Made by a program: the position numbers and the translations under genes. The notes below the pieces were generated by a model, which saw only the letters and a program-made list of their open reading frames with translations, was not told where the DNA came from and did not search any database. A stretch of DNA of 64,000 nucleotides, taken from NCBI RefSeq assembly GCF_032191835.1, contig NC_083232.1, positions 82,274,001-82,338,000 of the forward strand. The letters are read 5' to 3'. Shown here in pieces: positions 32,324-44,235 of the stretch (position 1 is its first letter; each line of letters begins with the position of its first letter). Source of the stretch: Heteronotia binoei. Its lineage: Eukaryota.

Positions 32324-33072
32324 CTAAAAAAAAAAAAGCAGACATTTGAGACCAAGTGAAAAGTTAGATACCTACTGCATCATGGACTCTCCTGGAAATG
32401 GGTATCCTTCTAGCAGATACCTGATGTCTCAGTGCAGGTGCTTGCCCTGCACGGCTTTTCTTCTGTGAATTTGACAATCCCAGGAAGCCTTTGCAGGGGT
32501 TAGAAGGGCCCCCCTCCTCTTTTCACCAGCAGAAAAGCTGACTGCATCCAGTGATTTTAAACAGTTCAGGAGGGAAGTGGGCTTGCATTTATGGTGGATC
32601 CCACTTTTCCCAGCTCCAGAAAAGATACAGGCTTTTCCAGGGTGACCGCCTTAGGAGATGTAACCCAGAGGGGGAGAAGCAGACAGGAGTTTTAAACAGG
32701 GCTGCAGCCTGAAACATCTACTTTAAGTTCAATGAGGCATAGGAATGGTTGGGGGAGAGGCAGCTATAATCAGCACAGAGACAGAAATACTCTTGATTTA
32801 AATAACCGCGAAATACTGATTTTTCAGAGCCTACATTCAACGGAACATACATCCTGCCTTCAAGGTACTTTAAATGTATGGGAAAGCATTTTCAAAAGTT
32901 ATTGCTAACTGGACCCCAAGTATATATCTGAAATAGATGTTGGGAAAGACAAGCTTGTGAGTCTCCAGAGGCATCGGATCACTGCTGGAGTAGCTTGTGG
33001 AGGCTTGTCCTAAACCTAAAAACCCTTTTTGATGAGATCTGTCAATTTTAAAAAAAATACTTTAGAACTTAC

Positions 33073-33194
33073 CTTACATTACCTTTGAGCTGACCACAAG
33101 TGAACATGATCTTTGCTGCTTCTTCATACCCCTGATTAAAACCCTGCTGAAGTGTCAGTTCTTTCCCAGCCTCAACTCCTTCCCGATAGCCTTC
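33073..33194 (-). CDS. YAE1: YAE1 coding exon 2 (122 bp): EGYREGVEAGKELTLQQGFNQGYEEAAKIMFTCGQLKGNV
   Basis: Yae1 G-x3 deca-repeat domain (EGYRDG...QQGFNQGY); ttttag| acceptor, AAG|gtaagt donor. Confidence 0.95.
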
Positions 33195-33758
33195 CTAAAA
33201 GCCAAGGAATAGCAACATTAGGTACAAAGAATAGCTTAAGAGCTAAAAAGCAACTACTGTACATCAACATCTAATTGGCTTATTCAAATTAATGAAATAT
33301 CTGAGTTGCATACTGTCAAAAATAGTTGTATATTTATTTATTTTGGGCAATTTATAGTCCGCCCTTTCCCAAGGATGGGCTCAGGGCAGATAACAACATT
33401 CTAAAAACAGTATAAATACAACGGTTAAAACCAGAGCGATGTGGACAATAGTTTGACAGATCATACAAATTATAAATGGCGGCTCAGTTGGGCACATGTT
33501 ATATGAACCGAAGATAGTAAATAAAATAAATTTATGTTATGTTATATGACTATTGTACTGATAATGTATATGTTAAAAAGAAAATCCACTTTTTCATGAA
33601 AAAGTGCATATGTATTAGGTAAAAGTATATCATATGTATTAGGCAAAAGTATATCACCCAGATCTTTCCAACAGAATGAGCTGACAACTAACTGAACATG
33701 CATTTGCCATGCAGACATTAATAAATTAAAAACTAAGATAAAAGTATAATGGTTATAC

Positions 33759-33875
33759 TTTAACCCGTTTCTCCATGGTGCTTTTCCATTCTTTCTGTGC
33801 TATGCCCATCTCATCTGCATCCTCATCAAACACATCATCATTGGCCTGGCTCACTGCTGACCGTACCCAGGACAT
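33759..33875 (-). CDS. YAE1: YAE1 coding exon 1: MSWVRSAVSQANDDVFDEDADEMGIAQKEWKSTMEKRVK
   Basis: Matches recalled human YAE1 N-terminus MSWV...DVFDEEADE...AQREWQSNMQRRVK; donor AAA|gtataa; upstream acceptors at 33956 and 34033 imply a non-coding first exon. Confidence 0.93.
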
Positions 33876-35149
33876 TTTGTCTGTGCTTTTAACACTGAGC
33901 TTTTAAGAAAGCATCACAGAAACTCCAAGCAACCAGATGAAAGAAGGAATACTGTCTGAAGAAAATATCTTCAACAAGAGTAGATGCTGATGATTCACGC
34001 TGATCACCAAAACAGTGTACCATCACAGTTGCCTGCAGGAATAAGTTTAAAAGTACCAGTTTACTAATTTAATAAATTTGCAGTTGTGAAAGTGATTTTT
34101 CAGAGCCTACATTCAACACAGCATACATCCTGCCTTCAAGGTACTTTAAATGTACGGGAAAATATTTTCAAAAGTTATTGCTAACTGGACCCAAAGTATA
34201 TATCTGAAATAGATGTTTGGAAGGACAAGCTTGTGAGCCTCCAGAGAAACGGACCTGTCCATCTGGCTACTGCTGGAAAGATAATGCTGGTCTATCTAGT
34301 CCTTGGTCAGATCTAGCCATGTGATCACATTCTTATGCACAAGGATTCAGCAATGCAATTACATTGTTTTGATGGGCAGTTACTAAAATCAGTAATCTGC
34401 CAAGCACTATGTGATTGTCTGGTGAAGGGGTGAATTAAATCTAACTGTTGTAGTTGTGTCTTCTTCCAAAGTTTAACAGGCTCAACTTTTTGTAAAAAAA
34501 AAACACAGGAAGATTTTATGGGTGACTAGCACCCAAGCCTAGACCAAACACCAGTGACCAATCACTTGTCAAACACCAGTGATGTGAAAACTAATGGGCA
34601 TATAAACCAAGCCCCTCTTTTAATTCCTCCCTAGTCTTCCACAAAGGCTAGACAGATGTGTGATATCAACATGGTTATAATTTATACCTGACTGACAATA
34701 CATAAGGCCAAGAATTCACTTTCTAGGTTCAGTTAGTTATGTCTTCTTTCCTACTACTATATTTTCCTTTTTTTTCTCATGGAAACAATAGCTTCTGTGT
34801 GCCGTGTCCCCTAACTATTCTCACCGCTCCCCTACAGAAAAAACATGGCCAGTAACAGGTATGACCCTTCATAAAACTTCATTTTTCGTATGTACAGGAC
34901 TAGAGTACCCAATGGGCAATAAGTATTAACATTCTGAGTTGCATGGCTATCCATCTGTGTATGTGTGTGTGTGTGGGGGGGGAGTTTTCCTGGAGCCTAA
35001 TCCGTGCCAGGGCTCAGATCCTGAATCAGTTTTCGAGTATTTCTTTAAGCTGCCTTGGTCTATCTATCTTCCATCAGCAATGCGATCTCTGGCAGTATAT
35101 CTATAGGGCCAAGCAGAGTTTTTAGGGTCGCCTGCCACCAGATTCCTGT

Positions 35150-35950
35150 AACCCGACTTGCCAAGCAGAGGCTCTACCGTTTAAGCCCCAGCCCCACCCC
35201 AGAAAACGAGAGAAAAGGGGGGGGGAAGAGATGACATACTCAGTCGGCCGCTTAAGACAACACAAGGCAGGGCAGCTCTTGTGACCCGTGAAGGGCCTAG
35301 AAGGGCCGCATCGGCGACCTATAATGAAGAAACTCTCCACCCCACCTGAAGGTAAAGAGTCGTCACCGTATCCCCACCCCCAGCGAGCAAGTGCTGCGAT
35401 TCTGACGTGGCTTCCTACTCAGCTCCCAACATCTCCGATGCAAAAGAACGCGTCGCACAACGGCCCGCCCCTTCCGGTTCTGTGCTGAAGCGGAAAGGGC
35501 TGAGCTGGGGCGGCGGGGCGGTCCTAGAGCCGGCGCGGTTTGGCTACCCCCGCATAGGAGGCCCGCAGGAGAAGGAAGCTGATGCGTTTTTTCCGCCGCC
35601 CAGGAAGCAACTGCGGCGGGTCCGTCTCCGAAACGGGGTTCCCCCCAAGGCGGAGGAAACCACCTCTTTGAGCAACGCGGAAAACGGCCCTCAGTCGCCC
35701 CCGCGGCCTTCGGCGGGGCTTTACTTCCCAGTACCCGGGAAAGCAAGCAGTGCAGCCTTTCAACCCAATGCGGCGTCTGTTTCCCTGAAAGTAAACCCCA
35801 TGGGTCGCAAATTTGGGGCTTATTTCCGAGGAAATGCGCCCAAGACCGGGTTCGGCTGGACGTCAGGCGGGGACGAGTTCATTTAGCCTCCTCTCGGTCC
35901 GTCCTCCTCCTTCCCTTTGCTTCCCTCACAGACGTCCAACGGAATCCATC
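35150..35950 (-). promoter_or_regulatory. CpG island, probable YAE1 promoter and non-coding first exon
   Basis: High GC and CpG density in an otherwise CpG-poor window; GC-box and CCGGAAG (ETS-like) motifs; 1.3-2 kb upstream of YAE1 ATG. Confidence 0.75.
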
Positions 35951-36868
35951 GACTGCCAGCATAGACAGCTTCGGGAAGGGATTGGATAAATATATGGAGC
36001 AGACGTCCATCAGTGGCTATTAGCCACCCCCTGTCTGGGCCAGTGATGCTCAGTATTGGTGCTTGGGGGGCACAATGGGAGGGCTTCTACTGGCCTGGCC
36101 CCAGGGCCAGCTGTAGACTGTGTGGCACCCTAGGCAAGGCTAAGTTCTGGCGCCCTTCTCCTGCACTTATAACATCACCCAGTTATGTGAGGGGCACCTA
36201 ATTTGGCACCCCCAGAAGGCCTGTGCCCTAGGCAATTGCCTAGTTTGCCTAGTGGCAGAGCCAGCCCTGCCTGACCCCACTGATGGGTTTTTTTGGCCAC
36301 TGTGTGACACAGAGTGTTGGACTGGATGGGCCATTGGCCTGATCCAACATGGCTTCTCTTATGTACTTAGGCGGGGCTTGAGCGCCACCTAGACCATCAA
36401 GTCCAGGGAGAAGAAGGCTTGGGGGGAGGTGCTTGGCAGAATAAGCCAAGGCAGGAGTAAGAGAGTGGCAATGCTGCAGCACACCAGGGGAGAGTAACTG
36501 CAACGGGAAGGCAATTTTCGCTGCCACCTATGGTGAAATCCCTCCACCCATCTGCTTCCCCACAAAAAAAATAACTCCTCAACTGTAAACAATTGCTCTG
36601 ACAAGAGACCTCGCCCTCTGTATAAATAGTCTCATCTCTCCCCATCTCCACACAGACGCACACAATTGTCTGTGTCAGCAAGTGGTGTAGAGGGCTTCTG
36701 GGAGTTCGTAGAGTACCTGAGAGGCATGGATTCAAATTTGGCTTCAAAAGCGGTTGAGGTGGTTACTCTACCTTACTTGCTTCACAGGGTGATTGTGAAG
36801 ACAAAACTTGAGGGTAGGAGGAGGATGGGTACCATCCTATAGTCTTTGGAGAAGGGATGGGGTTATAA

Positions 36869-37144
36869 AATCATAGAATTGGAAGGGGACCCCCAGGGCC
36901 GTCTAGTTCAACCCCCTGCATAATGCAGGAAATTCACGAATGCCTCCCCTTAAATCAGCAATTTCACAAATACTCCCCCCTAAGTCAGTTGGCAATTTTT
37001 CTCCAGGCTAGTTTGGCAAAGGATCCTGGAGCGGTTTTCTTTTTCCTTTCTGGGCATGGAGCAGGGCTCACTGGGGGTGCATGTGTGTGCAGAGGGTTGG
37101 ACTAGATTACCCTGGAGGTCCCTTCCAACTCTGTGATTCTAAGA
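36869..37144. repeat. Two CR1 3' ends fused in inverted orientation
   Basis: Starts tcatagaattggaagggg, ends cccttccaactctgtgattct; both halves match the CR1 3' UTR at ~59075-59345. Confidence 0.75.
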
Positions 37145-37439
37145 TGCGCTCAGTAAATACTCAGATGCAGTTCAAGTCCAGTGGTACCCTTTAAGCCCAA
37201 CAAAGTTTTATTCAAGGTCTGAGCTTTTCTGGTTGGATTTCAGAAACCTAAAAAGCAGAATTGAAAATGGAGCTGAGACACAGCTTAAAACATTAACATG
37301 GCACATTAATGCAGAAATTACATAATAGGCTCATACTTGTAGCAACAGAGAATGCATATTATAGAAAGTCCACAGTCCCTGTACCTTTATGAGAGCATAT
37401 TTCTGAAATATTTCATTACAGTATAGTCCTGCTACCCAT

Positions 37440-38170
37440 ATAAAAAGGCTCTCCTGAATAATTAGATTGTTAATAGTTTGAGGAAAGCCAGGAGGTTGAG
37501 GGATTCCTGACGTTATTAGGTAGGTCATTCCATAAGTTGGGAGGCCAACAGAGAACACATTATATGGACAGTTGTTGATCTTCCCCATTTGATGGGTGGC
37601 ACCTGCAGAAGCCTCTGATCAGATGAGTGAAGCTGTTGTGGAACATAGGGGGAGGGTTAGACCTACAGATATGGTGAACCTAAGCCATGGCTTTGTATGT
37701 GATGCCAGTATTTTGAACTTGTACCCAGTGAGTGATGGTCAGTTAATGGGAACAATATACATGCCCCACCTAGCTCCTGATAATCAAGCCATGGTGTTGT
37801 GTACAACCCAAGTAGAGCAAATTGCAGTAGTCTAGTCTTGATGTTATTGTGGTGTAGATTCAGGAGGCTAGATCAGATGTGTCAAGATGGTAGACCATCT
37901 TCTGAGCTGGAAGAAGGTGTTCTTTGCAGCTGTATTAACTTGCTTCTCCAGCAGTTGTATAGTATCCCAATGGTTTTCAAAGTGGGGGGTATTGCCCCCT
38001 GGGGGATGACCTAAAGGGGTGCTAAGAGACAAGGGGGCAGTGGAGGGCACATTGGAGGTAGGTCCCTTCAACTGCATTGTTTGTTCATTTATGATTACTA
38101 GGCGATGATGCCATGTTGGTGTTGGAAAAGCATGACGGATCACTACAACACTATAATGAGTCAGCTGAAG
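37440..38170 (-). mobile_element. Decayed L2 ORF2 fragment interrupted by a short MITE
   Basis: LEKQVNTAAKNTFFQLR resembles ITATAKSAFFHLR of the intact L2. Confidence 0.6.
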
Positions 38171-38196
38171 CCCCTGGGCTATGATCTGAACACCCA

Positions 38197-38915
38197 CCCC
38201 AGGTTCACAGAACAGATTATGAACATGTAAGATATTCTCCAAGAGCAGCTGGATATGAGGGGCACAGATAGAGATATTTATAACAACAATACAACATAGT
38301 CCAAACCACTGTCCTTGTGCAAAAATGTGCTGTTTGCATGATGCTTCTCAATTGCCACCATAAAATGTCACAGGATAATGGGAAACTTTTGTTCATCTGC
38401 TGACAATCTGGAAATTCCTAGACAAACCATCTTAAGCTCAGTACTCCACAGATGAAACCGTCATGGGTCAGCCTGAACCAGCCAATCCTGATGAGACTTA
38501 CCATGCTATCAACAATAATGAAACAGCAAAGGCCAGCTCCAGCGCACAATTGACTGCTGACAGTGCAACCTCAGACTCCATGAGCACTGAGGCCATTGAA
38601 GGGAGGTTAGCTCCCTGACATCCTGGGTTCCTGATGAAACTCCAGAGACAATGTCATTACCCCAATCCCCAGATCCACTGGAATACAGGCATTGGAAGGC
38701 ATGGTTAGAACTCCTCAAAAGGAGGCAAATCATATGTCTGATCTCCTGACAACATCTGGGTCTGACAACTCAGACCTCTATCCAGTTTGACCCCCGACTG
38801 TTTGGCCAAATATCTCTATTTCCTGTTTGGCCAAATATCTCTATCTGTGCCCCTCATATCCAGCTGCTCTTGGAGAATATCTTAAGTGTTCATAATCTGT
38901 TCTGTAAACCTGGGG
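38197..38915. repeat. 83-bp inverted repeat (38197-38279 / 38833-38915), 553-bp spacer
   Basis: 80 of 83 positions identical by manual alignment. Confidence 0.92.
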
Positions 38916-39310
38916 ATCACCTGAGGCTAACAGCTTGCTCATGAGCTCAATGAGATCCAGCTGTGAGCATAGAATAAAGAAGGAGGCAGCAGATGGGCTG
39001 GGTGTGGAAGCAACACATTATGCTACTGCTGATGTGTGGTCATTGCACTGGTCTATGTTCTCTCCTTAGCCTTCTGGACGGCCTAACTCCTGATCCTGAC
39101 CTTTGGACCTGCCTAAGCGACCACAACTCTTGGACCTCTGATTGAATAACCCTTGGCTCTCAGACAATCTCTTGGATTTTGACTGGACCCTCTAGGTCAG
39201 GGGTTCCCCAACCCCCAGGCCATGGACTGGTACTGGTCTGGGGCCTGTTAGTAACCGGGCTGTGAGTTGTATAATTATTTCATTATATATTACAGTGTAG
39301 TAATAATAAG

Positions 39311-39491
39311 ATTGAGGAAGAATCGTACTGCTACAGCACCAACCCCAAATCAGACTTTTCCCTGCAGCCACTGTGGCTGGACCTGCCTGTCCTGCATTGG
39401 TCTTGTCAGCCACCAGCAAGCCTGCAGCAGACGTGGACTACTGCACCTTTCTTAAATCTTTGTTCGCGAAGTCAAGCCGAGAAAGAGAGAG
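39311..39491 (+). mobile_element. RTE LINE 3'-end fragment (same family as 46182-47345)
   Basis: Near-identical to the 3' ~180 bp of that element; TSD AGTAATAATAAG at 39299-39310 and 39492-39503. Confidence 0.9.
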
Positions 39492-40959
39492 AGTAATAAT
39501 AAGACATTGGATTTATATCCTGCCCTCCACTTTGAATCTCAGAGTGGCTCACAATCTCCTTTATCTTCTTCCCCCACAACAGACACCCTGTGAGGCGGGT
39601 CTCACAGAAGCTGCCCTTTCAAGGACAACTCTGCAAGAGGCCTACCCAATCTCCTTTATCTTCCTCCCCCACAACAGACACCCTGTGAGGTGGCCATTTC
39701 TGCTGCACCAAGTCAGTGAAGTTCATGGTGTCTACTCAGGGGTCAAATAGAGTGGGCCACTCTGGAGACTTGCCTAATTCTACATGCACATCAGGTCTTA
39801 TTTAAAATTTCCTGTTTGGCCAGATAATACTTCTGCTGTATCTGATTTGATCTTAACATATTCTGGTTTTAGGCACAAGTTCCTGAGTTGTGTTGCAAAG
39901 GGGCTGAGGTAAGAGGTGGGGTAGCTGGATCCTGGTGCAGGCCCTGAAGCATCTCACCCAAGACTTCACACCTCAACAAGCACCACAGACATCCCACTCT
40001 TATGAGTTCACTCCTTCCCTTCCTCCAAGGGCAGTAGGCATACCTGCCTCCCCGTTTTACTCTCACACCATTCCTGTCAAGTTGGTTAGGTTGCTCAGGG
40101 AAAAGAATTTTAAATGATATCTAACACCTTGGCAATCCCTTTCTTTATAATATCTCCTAAAGGAAATTCTGATATGCAATTTCTCCCTGGTGGGCCCATC
40201 ACCTAACCCGCAAAGAAGTTCACAGTTGCCTCTCTCCTGCTGCAGGCCTGGCTTGTTAGAGGGGGGCTTGTGTAATGGGTAATATGAGCACAGCTGCCTA
40301 TGCTCTGTGATACGGGCTGCTTGTGGCTTCAGGGTATGCCCCACCCCCAGCCCTGAGAGCCCAGCAAACACGGAAGCCACTTCACTATCCTTACCTTCCC
40401 CGCATTCAAGCAAGGCCCAAGGATGCTGGGGCAGGGGGAGGAAACCTAGAATTGCACCTCTGGCCCCCTCAGCTCAAAATGCCATCATCTGTACCTGTGT
40501 CTTTCATGCCCCACAAGGTTCCTGTCAGTGTTCAGGAAACCCTGGCATGAGAATCAAACTATTTATTTATGGTCCATCTCCCTCACTGAGACTCAGGGCA
40601 GATTACACAGTATAAATCGTAAATTGATGCAATTCATAGGATGTGATGTCTAATAAACAATGGAACAGGGCTAAGATTACTGGAATCCGTTTTCTTATGG
40701 AGGATAATTGAGGTGGAGTCCTGTTTCCATTGGAATGTAATTCAAATGATTTTTCGTGTTACAGATAACTGTCAGCAGTAGAACCAGTTATGTAGGGGGT
40801 AGAGGTCACATTTCCCGTACTGGAGATATACAGTGCTGGCTAGTCACCTTTCAACAATGCTTTGGGTTAGGTTTCCAGGAAGTTGTACTAGATAGCCTAC
40901 AAGGCCCCAACCAACTCTAATCTTGCACATTAACATCCCTAACATCCATGCCCTGTGGG

Positions 40960-41260
40960 ACCTGATGTAATTCCACAAGGCCTGTAAGGCAGTGGTGTTC
41001 CACCAGGCCTTTGGTTGAGGACAGCAACGGTTATCCATCCTTGTTGGCAGTCTCATTCTCTCCCCCACCCCGCCGCAAAGTGGTAGCACCTCTGGAAAAA
41101 ATTAACTGCCACCTGTTTAAATTGGATTGTTAATTTTTATTGTAAATTTAAAAATTTTAACGTATGTTATATGTTGTTTTAATGTGTTCTTGTACGCTAA
41201 CCCGAGCCCTGCTTGCAGGGAACAGGCGGTATAGAATTGAACATAATGAATAAATAACTT
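40960..41260 (+). mobile_element. L2 3'-end fragment
   Basis: ccacaaggcctgtaaggcagtggtgttccaccaggcctttgg resembles L2 FRRACKT.LF.QAF end; AT-rich 3' UTR. Confidence 0.55.
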
Positions 41261-41610
41261 CATTTATACCTCCATCTTCTCCCCAGCGTGAAGGCAAAGC
41301 AGCTTCCATTGTTCTCTCCATTTTATCCTCATACAACCCTGTGAGATAGGTAAGGCTGAGACCATGTGATTGGCCAAAGATCATTCAGCAAGCTTCCATG
41401 GCAGAGTGGGGCTCTTAACCTGGGATTCCGGATTCTGAGCCAAAACAAACACTGGTATTAATTATCGTCAGGTGTTCACCTTAATAGTATAAGAGCATAA
41501 ATGGCCATCTACAGATAAAAATGCTCCTGGTCTTTTTTGCTTTTTAGCTCCTAGGGTTTTCAGCATAAGCCAAATTGTGATTGGCTGTGGTCTGAAGCAT
41601 TATTGGTAGT

Positions 41611-41902
41611 GTGTCCTGTGGCGCAGAGTGGTAAGCTGCAGTATTGCATTACACGCTCTGCTCACAACCTGAGTTTGATCCCGGCGGAAGCTGGATTCAG
41701 GTAGCTGCCTCAAGGTTGACTCAGCCTTCCATCCTTTCAGAGGTTGGTAAAATGAAAATCCAGCTTGCCGGGGGTAAAGCGTAGATGATTGGGGAAGGCA
41801 ATGGCAAACCACCCTGTAAAAAGTCTGCCATGAAAACATCGTGATGTGACGTCACCCCAGAGTCGGAACGGCTGGTGCTTGCACAGGGGACTACCTTTAC
41901 CT
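41611..41902 (+). mobile_element. Sauria-type tRNA SINE, full length
   Basis: tRNA-like head gtggcgcagagtggtaag, body ggggaaggcaatggcaaaccacc, (ACCTTT) tail. Confidence 0.85.
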
Positions 41903-43764
41903 AACCAGATCATACTGGAATCACTGATGCATACTAGAAACAAAGCAAACAGCAGCAGTGCATGAACAGAGCAGTCAGTGGGCTTAGAAGCAGTGTTCCC
42001 TCTAAGCTGAGTCAGCCTGAAGCTCACACATTTTTGTCTTGGCTCAGGAAAAATGGCGCCAGAGCAAACTGATTTATGCAGTAGCTCACAAAGTAGAATT
42101 TTTGCTCACAAGACTCCACAACTTAGAGGGACTATTGTTTAGAAGGGTGTAACTGTTTTAAGATTGCAGTGTAAATACAAGCTCACCTGTTGCCATCACC
42201 AAGTGTCTTAGAAAAAACCAAGAGTTAGTAGTAAGGCCAGCATAGGGAAGTAAGCAGCATAATAAAACTTTTGCAGAAAGGTGTACAAGTAGGGATGAGA
42301 AGTTAATGATTCTCCAACCTGTACAAGAAATATTAAAAGCATATCCTGCAGGTACGGTGAGAATCTGTATGAAAGTTAATTTGTGGGTGTGGAGAAAGGC
42401 TATGTAGATGTTAATTAAGAGCTACATGGTTTTACTTTTGTTGCCAATAGCATCATTCTCAGCCTCTCCTGAATCTGACTTCCTCTTGGAGCAGTTCATT
42501 GTTACAGGTGAAAAGGGCTCTCTTCTATTTGGCTAAGTGCAGCAGAGTGGAAAAAATAGTATTTTCTCCACTGCCTTGTAGTCGCTTCAGTTTATTAAGA
42601 CTTTTCCCCATCACCAGCAGGGATTTCAGGAGCAATTTCCTTGCAACTTAGCAAGACTCCACCGAAAGGATTAGTGTTTCCTAGCAACAAGTGAGGAGCA
42701 TCTGAATTGGTATTGATTTTTTAGTGACAATTACATTGTTTTGATGAATTCTTCTCAAAGCCCTGTGCTGGGGTATTTATAAAGGGCAGCAAACAGTGAT
42801 TATCAGTGACTGCCATGGCTATAAACGTTACAGCATTTGCTATCCTTGAACTCATGCAGCCCAATCCTATGCAAGTCTGATCCACTGTGCTCAATGGATG
42901 TGGTTCACCCCAAAGTAAGCAGAGCCCCCACCTTCTGAGATTAGATAGGTATCCCTTAGCTATAGGCCCGCTGTTGTGATGCCCCAATTATAGAGTATCT
43001 TTATGGGAGGGGCCATAGCTCAGTGGCAGAGCATATGCTTGGCATACAGACGGTCCCAGGTTGAACCCCCAGCATCTCCAGTTACAATGATCTGGCAGTA
43101 GGTGATGTGACAAACCACAACCTGAGGCCCTGGAGAATTGCTGCTAGACTGAGTAGACAATACTGACCTTAATGGGCTGATGGTCTGATTCAGGGCTTTT
43201 TTTTTTTAGCAGGGACTCCTTTGCATATTAGGCCACACCCCCATGATGTAGCCAATCCTCTTAGTACAGGGCCTACTGTAAGCTACAGGAGGACTGGCTA
43301 CATCAGGGGTGTGTGGCCTAATATGCAAAGGAGTTCCTGCTACAAAAAAAAAAGCCCTGGCTCTGGTTTAGTGTAAGGCAGTTTAGTATAAGGCAGCTTC
43401 ATGTGCGTTCATGAGTATACCTGACTAGGGGCATAGCAGGACACTCAAATGCCTATGGAGGTAGCTGAGCTGAGTGGCTCCTGTGTTGCTGGCAGTGCTG
43501 CTGGGGCTGTTCCACTCAGACCTGGGCTGCAGTGGCAAGGCAAAGGAGCACTCAGCTTAGTCCCAGGCTGTGGGGGTTTTGTAATGCCATTTTTGCAGTG
43601 GCTCCAACGGATCTCTTGACCCAGCTTATTTTCTTTGCCCAGCTTATTTTCTTTGCCTGGGACCCTGAAATGTACCTGCCAGGCAGAAAACGCGGTACTA
43701 GGCTACGTGGGCAGTCTATGGAGGTTTGGGGGGGATTTACAGGTGCACACACAGAAGCAGATGG

Positions 43765-44235
43765 AGTAGCCATGTTGGTCGGAAGCAGCAGAACAAAGCT
43801 TGAGTCCAGCGGCACCTTTACCACCACCACCATTTTATTCAAGGTATCAGCATTCATGTGCAAACACATTTCTTCAGATACAATGAAACTGAAGTTACCA
43901 GCCCATATATCTAGGTAGAGGGTGGGCAGCAAACTAGCATACAACTAATGAAGATATTTAACAGATGCAAGGACCAAACAGGAATAAAAAGCTTAGGTTG
44001 TCATTTGTTTGGGTTAAATTCTGGGGGGAAACATAGTGTGAAGGAAATGAAAACCTGTTTAATATCTTCGTTATGCTGTATGCTAATTTGCTGCTCACCC
44101 TCTACCTAGATGTATGGACTGGTAGCTTCCATTTTATTGTATCTGAAGAAGTGTGCATGCTCATGAAAGCTTATACATCGAATAAAACTTTGTAGGTCTT
44201 AAAGGTTCTACTGGACTTTAATTTCATCACACTGC
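43765..44235. mobile_element. Inverted pair of Penelope-type terminal repeats with hammerhead-like core
   Basis: ~43765-43975 is the reverse complement of ~44055-44235; contains CTGAAGA-stem-GAAAGCTT. Confidence 0.7.
44136..44178 (+). ncRNA. Minimal type I hammerhead ribozyme-like motif (Penelope-derived)
   Basis: TGTAT-CTGAAGA-A-GTGTG catg CTCAT-GAAA-GCT-T-ATACA: stem I TGTAT/ATACA, core CUGANGA/GAAA, imperfect stem II, palindromic AGCT stem III. Confidence 0.6.

Larger units (their letters stand above)
32817..34246. repeat. 154-bp direct repeat pair (32817-32970 and 34093-34246)
   Basis: 10 mismatches in 154 bp by manual alignment. Confidence 0.92.

Noticed and set aside
33889-34023. 44-codon uORF in the possible YAE1 5' UTR
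   Set aside because: Included only if the distal acceptor (34033) is used; no evidence for which acceptor is real.
35363-35886. 127-159 aa ORFs in the YAE1 CpG island
   Set aside because: GC-rich promoter artefact; the YAE1 ATG is at 33875.
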